Assembly (NCBI GenBank): GCA_002269645.1
Contig: NIVC01002179.1
Location: 62,001 to 126,000 of the forward strand
Origin: Macrostomum lignano
Taxonomy: Eukaryota
DNA: 64,000 nt
Direction: 5' to 3'
Shown here: piece after piece, positions 21,459-34,739 of the stretch
Position numbering within the stretch: the first letter of the stretch is position 1
How the letters are laid out: each line of letters starts with the position of its first letter
Program-made: the position numbers and the translations under genes
Notes under the pieces: generated by a model
What the model saw: the letters and a program-made list of their open reading frames with translations, nothing else
What the model was told of the DNA's origin: nothing
Database searches by the model: none

Positions 21459-22682
21459 TAAATTTCGATTTCTAAAAAGTTAAATAATGTACGCTCGTAG
21501 TTTCACGGTGCTTGTGGTTTTTAACAAATTCCTCTTTAGCGCGAATTTGATTTATTCGTTTGGAAATTATAAATCTTAACCAATTACTCCATCAGCCAGC
21601 TCTAAATAGGACATTAAACTTCCGTAAACATAAATTTATGATAATTAAAGAAAAATACATGTATGCATTAAATTAAACTATAACATCTTTTTCATACTTT
21701 TGACCTAGTCTTATGGCTATGCAAGTATGCGTAGATCATAGGCTGACTCGCTGAGGCTGACTGACCAATAGTATGATGTTTCATGCTTGATGACAATTGA
21801 TGGTAAGGGATCAAGGTTAAGAACTTAAGATATAGCATAGGGCAATGATGGAATACAAAAGTGGTGATGGCGAAATTTTTTTGTTTTTTAGGGAATGCTG
21901 ACTAAGTCTAAGGGAAGGCAAAGTAAGGAATGATTTTATTTAATATTGAATTTTGATAATGCTCTATAACCTTTTATTCTTAGGCAGATGGCTGGGAATA
22001 TGCTAGTCTATTTTTAGGGAAGCCCACTTAAAAGAAGGTTTAAATCATACAATGGTCTTTTAAAGTCTTTGTTATTGTACAAATCAGGATTCAGGATAAT
22101 ATACTCTATGCTATGGCCTATGCACTAAACCATTTTTGGACCTAAAATGTGTATTCTAATAATTCTATGTACTAAAGAATATTAAAACTAAATTCTAAAA
22201 CTAAAATAAAAAGTTAGGCCTAGCCAAAATTAAAGAATAGAGATACTTTTAAAATGCTTTTTTATATAACAATTAAGATCAAAATAGAAGTTTGCCACTT
22301 CAAAATTGAAATTAACATTTATTAGACCTGCTTTCCAAAATTATAACCAAAACCAATAAGTAAAATCTTCCAAAATTAAAATTCAGAAAAAAATTAATGT
22401 AACCTATATTTAAAAAAATGTTTTTATTAGTCAACTGCTCAAAGAATATATATAAGCATAAATTTATATATATTGATCAAGGTAATTAGGTAAATGATAA
22501 TTTGCATAAATAATATTTTATTCTTTATATTATATAGGCCCTTTATATAAGGTCAAAGATAATCTAAATAAAGGTTTTACAACTATACCAAAAGAGTTTC
22601 TAAATCTAATTGGCAAATTTTGATCATAATCTTTAGAGTGGCTTATATTGGATTGTAATATAGACATTTATAAGCATACATG

Positions 22683-23331
22683 CCATAGTGCGGAAGGATT
22701 TCTATATACTACGGAAGGTAAATTTTCATTTCGGCCTGTTGTACGATAGTACGACAGGGATTGGAAAATGGTACTAGTGTTGTACAACAGAGTTAGAGTT
22801 TAAGGAAGTGCTGTATGACAAAAATAGTCAACTTTTTGAATATGTCGGTAGGTGCGGGAAATTCTTAATATTGTGTTTTTTTAATATGCAAAGTAAAACA
22901 ACAGATATATTGTACTTTTCTGCTTGCAATGTCAAGTATAGTTTTGCGCCAATAAAATTGAATTTAAGAGTTAGTACGAATATAATACTGATAATTTAAA
23001 TTACCCTTTGAGTGGAAAAGTGCAACTATTGAATTTTTACTTCTTTGCTTCAACGCAACGTTAACAACAATGTTATGAGTTAGTTACGAGACCACGAGTA
23101 TCTGGTACTGGTGTCCGATTGTCCATCAAAGGAATACTAACTATGTCTATACTTCATGTATGAGTCGTATGACATTGACAAGTGTACGACAGACAGACAT
23201 GTAACATGTTTACATGTACGACAGTGTACGACATAGTGCCCCCCAAAAATTATCGATGTACGTCATGTACGACAGGCGATCCTTAAGTACGACGGAGATT
23301 TCTGGCATATACCCATCCTTCCGCACTATGG
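22683..23331. mobile_element. MITE, 649 bp, with a perfect 17-bp TIR and a perfect 8-bp TSD
   Basis: TIR CCATAGTGCGGAAGGAT at both ends; TSD CATACATG at 22675-22682 and 23332-23339; internal GTACGACA repeats. Confidence 0.9.
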
Positions 23332-24039
23332 CATACATGCCCAACTTTAAAATCTTACCTAGTTTTAAAACTTATTTTTGACCAAAAATGCATTTTATTT
23401 ATGAAACAAACCCTAAAGCAAAAATTAATATAGCTTTAGGTAAATGGCAAGAGTATTTATAATTGTATTATTAAGCCTAAATGAAATGCCTTATCTAATT
23501 AGACTATGTCCATATTTTAAGTTGGCATTTTTGTGACTTGCCTTCATTAGATCTCTTGTTACCTAGTCAAATTAGCTGGGTTAGCTGGCCAGCTAGGTAT
23601 TAAGCATGCATCCTTATGAGTACAAGTTAGCTACTTTTCTATTCAGCATTTAAACCTTTTATTCCTCAGTTAGGATATCCTTGATTGCCATTATTGCAGC
23701 ATCTTCCATGTTATTGACTTGAATCTATGCTTTTCAATGACACATTTATCTTAGTAAAGAGCCAAAAGTTGCAAGGGATAGATCTGTTGAGTAGATAAGC
23801 TGGTACCTAGTATAATAATATCATTCTAGTCTAGAAATGGACAAGTCAATTTAGCTATATTAGTAGATGTATTGTTTTGGTTATTAGTACAATTTCTAAC
23901 TAAATATTCTTGTCTTTGGTACTCATTCTATGCTTATAATTTTATATAATACGAGGCCAACTCCTCCATTGTTGGAGTAAAAGGATAGAACTCCCATCGC
24001 CAGAATTTCATTCCCTGAATCTATCAGCTGAATCCAATG

Positions 24040-26375
24040 ACACAAATCCCATCGTCCAAATCCTCTATTAACCTCCCAAAAACCTGTTTTACCTGTTTGC
24101 GAAAATTGACTGCCTGCCATCGTCCAGACTGAGACTCTCGTCTGTCTCCTCTCTCCTCTTTGCACTCTCATCTCTAATCTCTTCTATCTCCTCTCTGCTC
24201 TCATCTTGCTTTTCTATCATTCTTCATCTCATCTCTCATCTCTACTCTCTTATCTCTCTCTGCACTCTCATATCTACTCTCTTCTTTCTCCTTACTACTT
24301 TCTCCTCTCTACTTTTTCCTCTCTCCTCTTTTATCTCTTCTCTCTCCTCTCCTTTATCTCCTCTCTGCTCTTTCATCTCTCTACTTTCTCCCCTCTCCTC
24401 TCTCCCTTATCCTCTCGCTTCTCTCTCCTCTTTTTCACCTCATCTCACCTCATTTATCTCCTCTCTGCTCTTTCATCTCTCTACTTTCTCCCCTCTCCTC
24501 TCTCCCTTATCCTCTCGCTTCTCTCTCCTCTTTTTCACCTCATCTCACCTCATTTATCTCCTCTCTCGTCTTTTGGCTCTATTCCCCCCTGTCTCCTCTT
24601 TCTCCTCTCTTACCCCCCTTTCCTCTCTCCTTTCAATTCCTTCATCTCTTCTCTTGCCTTTATTCTCTTTTTTTCTTTTCTCTAATTTGTCCCTTTTAAT
24701 TCTTTCTTTTCATGTTCTCTTTCATCTAATCTTTTATCTTCTCTTTCCTTTTCTCTTTTCTCTATTCCCTTTCATTTAGCATTTCATCCTCTCCATGAAA
24801 CAGATATCATCAAAATCCTCTCCGTTAAACTGCAATCTATTGTATATCATCTCCTTCAAGCTACAATCCATCAATTTAAAAAATATTATCTCTATCAAAT
24901 TTCAGTCAATCAAGACTATGAAACTGAAGTTTATAAAAATATGCTTTTTACTTGTCTGGGTATACATAAAAAATCTTCAAAATCTTCTAAATCCTCCATA
25001 AAACCTCCAAAATATAGCATGTTTTCCCTGTTTATAAAAATTGACTGCCATCGTCCAGACTAAGACTCTCTCCTGTCTCCTCTCTCCTTTTTGCTCCTTT
25101 ATCTAAATCTCTTCTCTCTGCTCTCTGCTCTTATCTCCTCTCTCATCTCTACTCTTACTTTCTTATCAATCATCTCCCATCTCTCCTCTTTGCGCTCTCA
25201 TCTCTATTTTCTCATCTCTATTCTCTCATCTTTCCCCTCTCCTCTCTACCATCTCCTGTCTCATCTCTCATCTCTCTCCTCTCTCCTCTCATCTTTGCTC
25301 CCTCCTTTGCTCTCTCATTTTTCCTTCCTCTTTTGCTCTCTCATTTTTCTTCCCTCCCCTAGGGATTCCAAAATCCCAACAATTTACAATTCCAGGATTG
25401 AGAAATCTTGAAATCCTGATGGTTTAAAATCCTGGGATCACTAATCCTAGAAAGTCCCAACTGAAAGTAATCCCTGGATCCCGCATTGAAGTTCAAAAAA
25501 ATCCCGGGATCTTGGGATCCCGATATCAAATGTATTGAAACATCTGCATCCAGCTTCCATCACGACCACAAAGTATAATTATGATATTTATAATAATAGC
25601 TAATGGTCCAAACTAGTATATTTATGCAATAAACTTCTCTTTGCTTATTTATTGTACAAGTAGAATAGAAAATTGTTTGATAATAATAAATAATATTTAT
25701 CCATAAAAGATAATTGATAATAATTGATTACAACAATAATAACTTGTTTTAATATAGGTTATATAGCTAGCTATGCAATATCAATATAAATTATCAAAGT
25801 GAATGTCATGTTTAATGCCACGTTACAGTGTTAGACATCACGCAACTGACGAACATGTGAAATTAAATTACACCTTACGAAAACGAAAAAAAAATTAAAT
25901 TTCTGCTTAACAAACTGCTCTAACAAATTTTGCTGCTTTTTATGTGTGATTTCGATACAGACATGCAGGCTGCAGTTGTATTATTTCATATTTTTTAAAG
26001 TAGAATATTTTTTTCAAATTTTACATGATTTTTTTAGTTGAAAAAAAAAATTAAAATCAGTTTGAATCCTGAAACAATCCTGGGATTTAAGCCTTACAAT
26101 CCCGGGATCCCAATCCCACACTGTTGTAATCCCAAGGATCATAAATCCCAAAATTTCAAGTCCCAAAAAATCCCGGGATTGGAATGCCTACCCTCCCCTC
26201 CTTTCTTCCCTCTACATTCTCTTCACTCTCCCTCTTCATCATTCCCGCCTCATAGTCACTCCCCTCTTCTCTCCTCTCCATCATCTTTAATCTCTCATCT
26301 TTCATATCTACTGTCTTTTCTATCATCTTTCTATCCTCTCTTTTCCTTGAAATCTCTCTTCTCTTTACTCTCTTA
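24040..26375. repeat. Degenerate CT-rich low-complexity tracts, duplicated with a shared header
   Basis: AAAATTGACTGC(CTGC)CATCGTCCAGACT(G/A)AGACTCTC at about 24102 and about 25038, each followed by a polypyrimidine tract. Confidence 0.75.
25360..26190. mobile_element. hAT-like MITE nested in the CT-rich tract
   Basis: Ends TAGGGATTCCAA… and …TTGGAATGCCTA; perfect 8-bp TSD CCCTCCCC (25352-25359, 26191-26198); subterminal ATCCCGGGAT repeats. Confidence 0.85.
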
Positions 26376-28407
26376 TCTGATGGACTGAAAGCACCAATAA
26401 TCAAACCAATTGAAATTTGTCACTCGCCTCCTCCATTACTGAAATTACTCAAATGATAGCTGGCTTGAATTTGTGTAGGCAACCCCCCGCCGCCCAATTA
26501 CAATCTTGGCAGAAAGTTTAAAAGTATGGAATCGTTTTTTCCAATGCTATGCTTTTTGTTTTCATATTTAAAGCAAATAACTTATATTCCCAAACTTAGC
26601 GTTGCAAGATCTTTCCAGCAATATAATTATCTCCTCTCAAAGCTTAAAACTCAAGGAACAGATTAGTGTTTGAACTTCCCGATTTAAAGCATTGAAGTAT
26701 CGAGTGTACATTCACTGCCTGCTACAGTAAGAGGCTTGCAAGTTTATTCATTGAATTTCACTGCCCAGCTAATACACAGGGCTGCCTTTTAAAAGGCGCC
26801 GATAATAAAAACCAATTGAATCTCGACACAGTTCCTATCTATCTATTTATAATATACATTGCTATGTACACTCAGCCCAAACCAACCCCCCATTCTGGGG
26901 GAATCATTAAATTTTATTGCACCCCCAACATGCGGAGGTTTTATTTGCATTGAACCTAGAACATGCGTCACCCACCCCTCCAATACACAGCAACCTGCGG
27001 GGGGAGGTTGGGGTGGTTGTTTTTACAACTATGCCACTACACTACCCTCCAATGGAGAGGCAAAGTGGCCAAAGAAGGTTAAAAAATAGTTTTCTGCTTT
27101 TTTAACAGACTTAACTTTTAAATTTTCAACATTAAAATAGCCTATTTGTTGCGTAGGAAAATTCTGCAATGACATATAAGTCTTGCATTTGAGTTGCCAG
27201 CCGTCTAGGAGGAGATATGCATTAAACCCAGCCAGTCAATCAATCAATCCACTCAGCTTTAGATATAATATGCAAAATAATTTCTATTTGTCACACTTTA
27301 TGATTTTGGAACTTAATAGATTTGAAATTATAAATGATTTTCTTAAAACCTAAATTTAAATTCCTATTAAATTTGTTTTACTATATTAATTTTTGTTCTA
27401 TGCATGCAAGTATTATCTTATTATTGTATATTTATACTCTTTGATATAATTTTGCAACTTATTTTGTTTTATATTTTCATTGCATAATTTCATTTTAAGT
27501 TCAATTGCAAAAATGTGTTGCATATTTTGTTGCAATTTTTCTATCTTGGCTGTCTTCTGATCTTGAAGCTTCATCATTTCCATAACACCCTAAGGGTGGT
27601 TGAACCAAGGATGGTTGATTAAAAACAAACTTTACAATAAATTCATAAAAAAGATATCTGGCCATAGGCACCAGATTTTTCTATAGCAAAGGGCAGCTTC
27701 TTAACTATGGCCATGTGGCATATGCTAGAATTTTCTTAGTGAAATGACATTATCCTGAGAGTAGTATTATTTATCAAGTAACAGATATTACTAGTTACAG
27801 TAAATAGATATAGGAAATGTATAAATCTTTTTTATCTAAAAGAATTATCTAAAAGTAGACTTATTAGGTAACTAATTTATTTAAATTTATTTTTTTATTT
27901 AAAAAACTGTCTATAATATCATATAGCTATGTATGTATCTATCTTGCTATAGTTGCTATGTAGTATATGGTTGTAGTCATAATTATAGAAGAACACTAAT
28001 AGAAAATCCAAGGACTACTTTTAAGTAAAAGGATTGGAAACTATATTTCTTGGAAAATTGTAGAAGGCAGGTTTTTGTAATTGCTTTTGATGGGAGGCAG
28101 ACCCAATGTTCATATTTTGGTATGTACCGGTGTATTGATATTCATAGAGCTTGCTAAACAGCCCATGAAAAGGTATGAAGCTATGCTAACATGAGCGTAG
28201 TTTGTAGTGGCTTTTTATTAGTTTAAATTTTTTTTTTATTCTGCCTGACCTGTATAGTATATATGTTTGTAAATTTAATATGGTTCCTGATCCCACTTCT
28301 GTAATCTCAAGATCCTGACAATAAAAGACATCGCCAACCAATTTCATGCCATCCATCTATTATTTTATCGCAACACTGCACCAACTGAAACTACTACTCA
28401 CTCAATC

Positions 28408-28971
28408 ATGAGCAGTCAGCAACAGAGAGCGCCAAGATCTGGCAATAAACGGTTTTTAGCCGACTTGTCTGATGTAGCAGCCGCCCTGCCCAGCACTGCC
28501 GACGCCCGGCCCATACTTGGCAGCGGCGACAAAACCGACCTGCCTAACACTGCCGCCCATTCCTGGAATGTCGACGTGCCTGATTTTGTGCCGCTCCGAC
28601 CCACGGCGGGGGCGGCGGCGGCGGCGGCGACCTCGTCTAGACAGCAGCAGCCTGCCGCTTCATCATCGTCTATGACTCACCAGCCGCCACCATGGCAACA
28701 GCATGGCAACAACGATCCTATTAATAAATTAATTAGCGAGTCTCTGACAATCTTGTCAGCTGCCAGCGGCGGCGCCACCTGTCTCAGTGGCGGAGACGAT
28801 GTCGAATTGAATGCCTGTCTGATGCGACTGTATCAGACCACTCTGACCCGAGATGACCCCGCCAAAGTTGTGTCCGCCGCCTTAGATTGCGTTAAACGGG
28901 ACGGAGCTCTGTGCGATGCGGCAGCCAATTTGCTGACATTCTTGGCTGTGAATTTTGTTGTGTCGCCTCAG
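28408..28971 (+). CDS. PAIP1: Polyadenylate-binding protein-interacting protein 1, exon 1 (PAM2 motif + start of MIF4G)
   Basis: PAM2-like SWNVDVPDFVP followed by helical repeats; donor CCTCAG|gtgaga, phase 0. Confidence 0.75.
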
Positions 28972-28984
28972 GTGAGAGAAGCTC

Positions 28985-29580
28985 TGGGGGTAGCGCAGCA
29001 CCCACTGAAGCAGCTGAGAGGGTAGCAGCACCCACTGAAGCATCTGAAATAAGGGGTAGCGGCACCCACTGAAGCATCTGAAATAAGGGGTAGCGGCACC
29101 CACTGAAGCATCTGAAATAAGGGGTAGCGGCACCCACTGAAGCATCTGAAATAAGGGGTAGCGGCACCCACTGAAGCATCTGAAATAAGGGGTAGCGGCA
29201 CCCACTGAAGCATCTGAAATAAGGGGTAGCGGCACCCACTGAAGCATCTGAGGGGGTAGCGGCACCCCTGAAGCATCTGAGGGGGTAGCGGCACCCACTG
29301 AAGCATCTGAGGGGGTAGCGGCACCCACTGAAGCATCTAAGGGTGTATCTGAATCATTTAGGGAGGGTGTACCTGAAGCATCTGAGGGTGGGTGTACCTG
29401 AAGCATCTGAGGGTGGGTGTACCTGAAGCATCTGAGGGTGGGTGTACCTGAAGCATCTGAGGGTGGGTGTACCTGAAGCATCCGTGGGTGTACCTGAAGC
29501 AGATCTGAGGATGGGTGTACCTGAAGCATCTAAGGGTGTACCTGAAGCATCTGAGGGTGTACCTGAAGCTTCTGAGGAAG
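28985..29580. repeat. Compound intronic minisatellite: a 34-bp unit grading into a 25-bp and shorter units that share the core CTGAAGCATCTGA
   Basis: Period 34 (29041 to 29075) and period 25 (29401 to 29426). Confidence 0.95.
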
Positions 29581-29632
29581 TATCGCTAGCTGAACAAGTT
29601 CACCTTCTCCTTTGTTTCGCACCCCGCCTCAG

Positions 29633-30079
29633 GTGTGCCCGCACCTCATCAGCCCTCGAACCAAGAGTCCATTGGCCTGCAATCCAATCTACGAAGCACT
29701 ATTAACAGTTTGCTCAACTGAGAACGATAGAATCCGACGAGAGATTGCTAATCTTCGAGCTGTCAGCTCGGAGCAGGCCAACTACATTAAGCTGTTCTCT
29801 TGGCTCTACCTTAATTTGCCTAGCTTGAGCTCGCCAACCCAGCGTCAGGGTCCTCTAATGCGTAATACTCTGCTGTTTCTTACACAGCTGGTCAATCTTA
29901 GCGGCTGTCCGTTGGCTTTTAAAACTGTTCACAGCATACTGTCAGCGATTGGTGCGCCTCTGGATTTCGACTGTTGCGATCCGGACTTTGATGGCGGCAA
30001 CGATGTTATTCAACTGCTTGGCGACATCTATGATCAGCTTAGGAATGCCGCCGCCTCTGGCCGTGTGGGAAATCCTCAG
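29633..30079 (+). CDS. PAIP1: PAIP1 exon 2 (MIF4G helical domain)
   Basis: Acceptor cgcctcag|GTG and donor CCTCAG|gttggg, both phase 0; YIKLFSWLYLNL…LLFLTQL…IQLLGDIYDQLR. Confidence 0.75.
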
Positions 30080-30111
30080 GTTGGGATATTACATGATTGG
30101 CTGGCTTAGCA

Positions 30112-31925
30112 CCTTTTGTCACCTTTTACCTGTCTATCTACTCCTTTTACCTGTCTATCTACTCCTGTTACCTGTATATCTACTCCTTTTAACTGTCTAT
30201 CTACTCCTTTTACCTGTCTATCTACTCCTTTTACCTGTCTATCTACTGTTACCTGTCTATCTACTGTTACCTGTCTATCTACTCCTGTTACATGTCTATC
30301 TACTCCTGTTACCTATCTATCTACTCCTGTTACCTGTCTATCTACTCCTGTCACCTGTCTATCTACCCCTGTTACCTGTCTATCTACCCCTGTTACCTGT
30401 CTATCTACTCCTGTTACCTGTCTATCTACCCCTGTTACCTGTCTATCTACCCCTGTTACCTGTCTATCTACCCCTGTTACCTGTCTATCTACCCCTGTTA
30501 CCTGTCTATCTACCCCTGTTACCTGTCTATCTACTCCTGTTACCTGTCTATCTACCCCTGTTACCTGTCTATCTACCCCTTTTACCTGTCTATCTACTCC
30601 TGTTACCTGTATATCTACTCCTGTTACCTGTCTATCTACTCCTTTTACCTGTCTATCTACTCCTGTTACCTGTATATCTACTCCTTTTACCTGTCTATCT
30701 ACTCCTTTTACCTGTCTATCTACTCCTGTTACCTGTCTATCTACCCCTGTTACCTGTCTATCTACCCCTGTTACCTGTCTATCTACTCCTGTTACCTGTA
30801 TATCTACTCCTTTTACCTGTCTATCTACTCCTTTTACCTGTCTATCTACTCCTGTTACCTGTATATCTACTCCTTTTACCTGTCTATCTACTCCTTTTAC
30901 CTGTCTATCTACCCCTGTTACCTATCTATCTACTCCTGTTACCTGTCTATCTACCCCTGTTACCTGTCTATCTACCCCTGTTACCTGTCTATCTACTCCT
31001 GTTACCTGTCTATCTACCCCTGTTACCTGTCGATCTACCCCTGTTACCTGTCTATCTACTCCTGTTACCTGTATATCTACTCCTTTTACCTGTCTATCTA
31101 CTCCTTTTACCTGTCTATCTACTCCTGTTACCTGTCTATCTACCCCTGTTACCTGTCTATCTACCCCTGTTACCTGTCTATCTACTCCTGTTACCTGTAT
31201 ATCTACTCCTTTTACCTGTCTATCTACTCCTTTTACCTGTCTATCTACCCCTGTTACCTGTCTATCTACCCCTGTTACCTGTCTATCTACCCCTGTTACC
31301 TGTCTATCTACCCCTGTTACCTGTCTATCTACCCCTGTTACCTGTCTATCTACTCCTGTTACCTGTATATCTACTCCTTTTACCTGTCTATCTACTCCTT
31401 TTACCTGTCTATCTACCCCTGTTACCTGTCTATCTACTCCTGTTACCTGTTTATCTACCCCTGTTACCTGTCTATCTACCCCTGTTACCTGTCTATCTAC
31501 CCCTGTTACCTGTCTATCTACTCCTGTTACCTGTATATCTACTCCTTTTACCTGTCTATCTACTCCTTTTACCTGTCTATCTACTCCTGTCACCTGTCTA
31601 TCTACTCCTGTTACCTGTCTATCTACCCCTGTTACCTGTCTATCTACCCCTGTTACCTATCTATCTACCCCTGTTACCGGTCTATCTACTCCTGTCACCT
31701 GTATATCTACTCCTATTACATATCTACTCTTGTTACCTGTCTATCTACCCCTGTTACCTGTCTATCTACCCCTGTTACCTGTCTATCTACCCCTGTTACC
31801 TGTCTATCTACTCCTGTCACCTGTATATCTACTCCTATTACATATCTACTCTTGTTACCTGTCTATCTACCCCTGTTAACTATCTATCTACTCCTGTTAC
31901 CTGTCCACCTACTTGTGCTACCTGT
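30112..31925. repeat. 21-bp intronic minisatellite (CCTGTTACCTGTCTATCTAC[C/T])
   Basis: About 85 units; explains the overlapping STPVTCL/LLLPVYL ORFs. Confidence 0.98.
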
Positions 31926-32037
31926 CTACTTGTACGCCTTCGTCACCGAACTCCATTTAGAATCCATCTATTCTCCGAAATAAACTAACTCTCAACCGTA
32001 CTTAAAAAGCCTGGTCTCAACCCCCAATCCCCTGCAG

Positions 32038-32250
32038 GTGTCGCTGGATCTGATCCGCCTGTTGGAACTTCGTGCTGCCAGCCTGATGGGCCAGTCTGGC
32101 TACCAGCCACCCTCCGCCGGCTCCGGCTTCCCTGGACAGCAGCAGCAGCAGCAGCAGCAGTACTCTTCTACTGGCGGTGAGATGCAAAACATGACAGACG
32201 ATATGTACGCTGACTATGAGAAATTCCTGCGGGATTCCGGTCAGCTGTGA
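32038..32250 (+). CDS. PAIP1: PAIP1 exon 3 (end of MIF4G + acidic PAM1-like tail)
   Basis: Acceptor cccctgcag|GTG; LIRLLELRA and DDMYADYEKFL resemble the PAIP1 motifs L..LVELR and EAYEKF; stop at 32250. Confidence 0.75.
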   Translation: MSLDLIRLLELRAASLMGQSGYQPPSAGSGFPGQQQQQQQQYSSTGGEMQNMTDDMYADYEKFLRDSGQL

Positions 32251-32326
32251 GACGGTGATGGCTTTAACTGTAGAGACTGTTGCAGTGCGGGTGAACTCAA
32301 AATTGTAGTGTGAGTGGCTAATTACA

Positions 32327-32427
32327 TCTGTCTGTTTTGTCTGGCTGTTCTGTCTGGCTGTCTGTCTGTTCTGTCTGGCTGTCTGTCTGTCTGGCTGTCT
32401 GTCTGTCTGGTGTCTGTCTGTCTGTCT

Positions 32428-32470
<43 letters not shown>

Positions 32471-32473
32471 TAG

Positions 32474-32522
<49 letters not shown>

Positions 32523-32549
32523 TAGTGTCTGTCTGTCTGTCTGTCTTAG

Positions 32550-32606
<57 letters not shown>

Positions 32607-32740
32607 TAGTGTCTGTCTGTCTGTCTGTCTTAGTGTCTGTCTGTCTGTCTGTCTTAGTGTCTGTCTGTCTGTCTGTCTGTCTGTCTTAGTGTCTGTCTGT
32701 CTTAGTGTCTATCTGTCTATCTTTCTGTGTCTGTCTTAGT
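32327..32740. repeat. (GTCT)n microsatellite
   Basis: Direct reading. Confidence 0.97.
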
Positions 32741-33309
32741 GTCTGCCCGCCATTCTCAGCTGTTCCATTTGCGACCGAAATCCTATGATCGCGAATCAAT
32801 CTATTTTTGTTTTTGTCCTGTGTAAAAAGTTGCATCAAACGACATTGAAATCAAAGTCCCCTCGATTAGTATGTTTCCCAAAGAAAATTTTTTTTGTGTT
32901 TTCAAACAGACAAATTCCAATTACGTGGTCTGCGCATGCATCCTGTCTGTATTTCAATGCGATCTGTTAATATTGATTGATTGGTGTATCTACAGTAGGC
33001 TTGCAACGGTGCAATATTTAATCAGTTGGGCGTCATCCGAGAGTATTTAAGAAACCAATACTAGCTTATTAATACGACAAAACTGTTTAGTATTATCCTT
33101 ATATTATGCATATAAAATATCCCCTTCTGATATCCACCCAAGAGTGTGGCTCTGTACAACGCACATTTGTTGCTGTTTATATCTGATTGACAAATAAATA
33201 ATGACTGGTTAGTGTTCTGGTTCGACCGCATCCTCTAATGCCTTTTTATTGCGTTTATTACTTTGAACATTAGGTCAGGCAACAGGATAGACAACTAAGT
33301 ACTGTAGAT

Positions 33310-34690
33310 TACTCATAAGACGAAAGGTTGATGGCAGAGTAGACAGAAAGGTAGATAACAGAGTAGACAGAAGGGCAGATAACTAAGTATACAGAAAGGT
33401 TGATGGCTGAGTATACAGAAAGGTAGATGGCTCAGTAGACCGAAAGGTAGATGGCTGAGTAGATCGAAAAGTAGATGGCTGAGTAGACAGAAAGTTATAT
33501 GGCAGATTAGATAGAAAGGTAGATGACTGAAGTAGACAGAAAGGTAGATTGCAGAGTAGACAGAAAGGTAGATGGCTGAGTAGACCGAAAGGTAGATGGC
33601 TGAGTAGATCGAAAAGTAGATGGCTGAGTAGACAGAAAGGTAGATGGCTGAGTAGATCGAAAAGTAGATGGTTGAGTAGACAGAAAGGTAGATAACAGAG
33701 TAGACAGAAGGGCAGATAACTAAGTAGACAAAAGGGTTGATGGCTGAGTATACAGAAAGGTAGATGGCGGAGTAGACCGAAAGGTAGATGGCTGAGTAGA
33801 TCGAAAAGTAGATGGCTGAGTAGACAGAAAGGTAGATGGCTGAGTAGACAGAAAGTTATATGGCAGATTAGATAGAAAGGTAGATGACTGAAGTATACAG
33901 AAAGGTAGATGGCGGAGTGGACCGAAAGGTAGATGGCTGAGTAGATCGAAAAGTAGATGGCTGAATAGACAGAAAGGTAGATGGCTGAGTAGACAGAAAG
34001 TTATATGGCAGATTAGATAGAAAGGTAGATGACTGAAGTATACAGAAAGGTAGATGGCGGAGTAGACCGAAAGGTAGATGGCTGAGTAGATCGAAAAGTA
34101 GATGGCTGAGTAGACAGAAAGGTATATGGCTGAGTAGACCGAAAGGTAGATGGCTGAGTAGACAGAAAGGTAGATAACAGAGTAGACGGAAAGGTAGATA
34201 ACAGAGTAAACAGAAAGGTAGATAACAGAGTAGACCGAAAGGTAGATGGCTGAGTAGATCGAAAGGTAGATGGCTGAGTAGACCGAAAGGTAGATGGCTG
34301 AGTAGACAGAAAGGTAGATAACAGAGTAGACCGAAAGGTAGATGGCTGAGTAGACCGAAAGGTAGATGGCTGAGTAGACAGAAAGGTAGATAACAGAGTA
34401 GACCGAAAGGTAGATGGCTGAGTAGATCGAAAAGTAGATGGCTGAGTAGACAGAAAGGTAGATGGCTGAGTAGACCGAAAGGTAGATGGCTGAGTAGACA
34501 GAAAGGTAGATAACAGAGTAGACGGAAAGGTAGATAACAGAGTAGACAGAAAGGTAGATAACAGAGTAGACAGAAAGGTAGATAACAGAGTAGACAGAAG
34601 TTAGATGGCTGATGAAACAGAAGGGTAGATAAAAGAGTAGACAGAAAAGTAGATAACAGAGTTGACAAAAAGGTAGATGGCAGAGTAGAC
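33310..34690. repeat. 24-bp minisatellite (GAGTAGACAGAAAGGTAGATGGCT)
   Basis: About 55 degenerate units. Confidence 0.96.
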
Positions 34691-34739
34691 AAGCAAGGTA
34701 GATAGCAGGCTGGGTACGAAGCACTTTAAACCAAGCCAG

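Noticed and set aside
29949-31988. ORFs of 560-680 aa (LLLPVYL, STPVTCL)
   Set aside because: They lie inside PAIP1 intron 2 and are translations of the 21-bp array.
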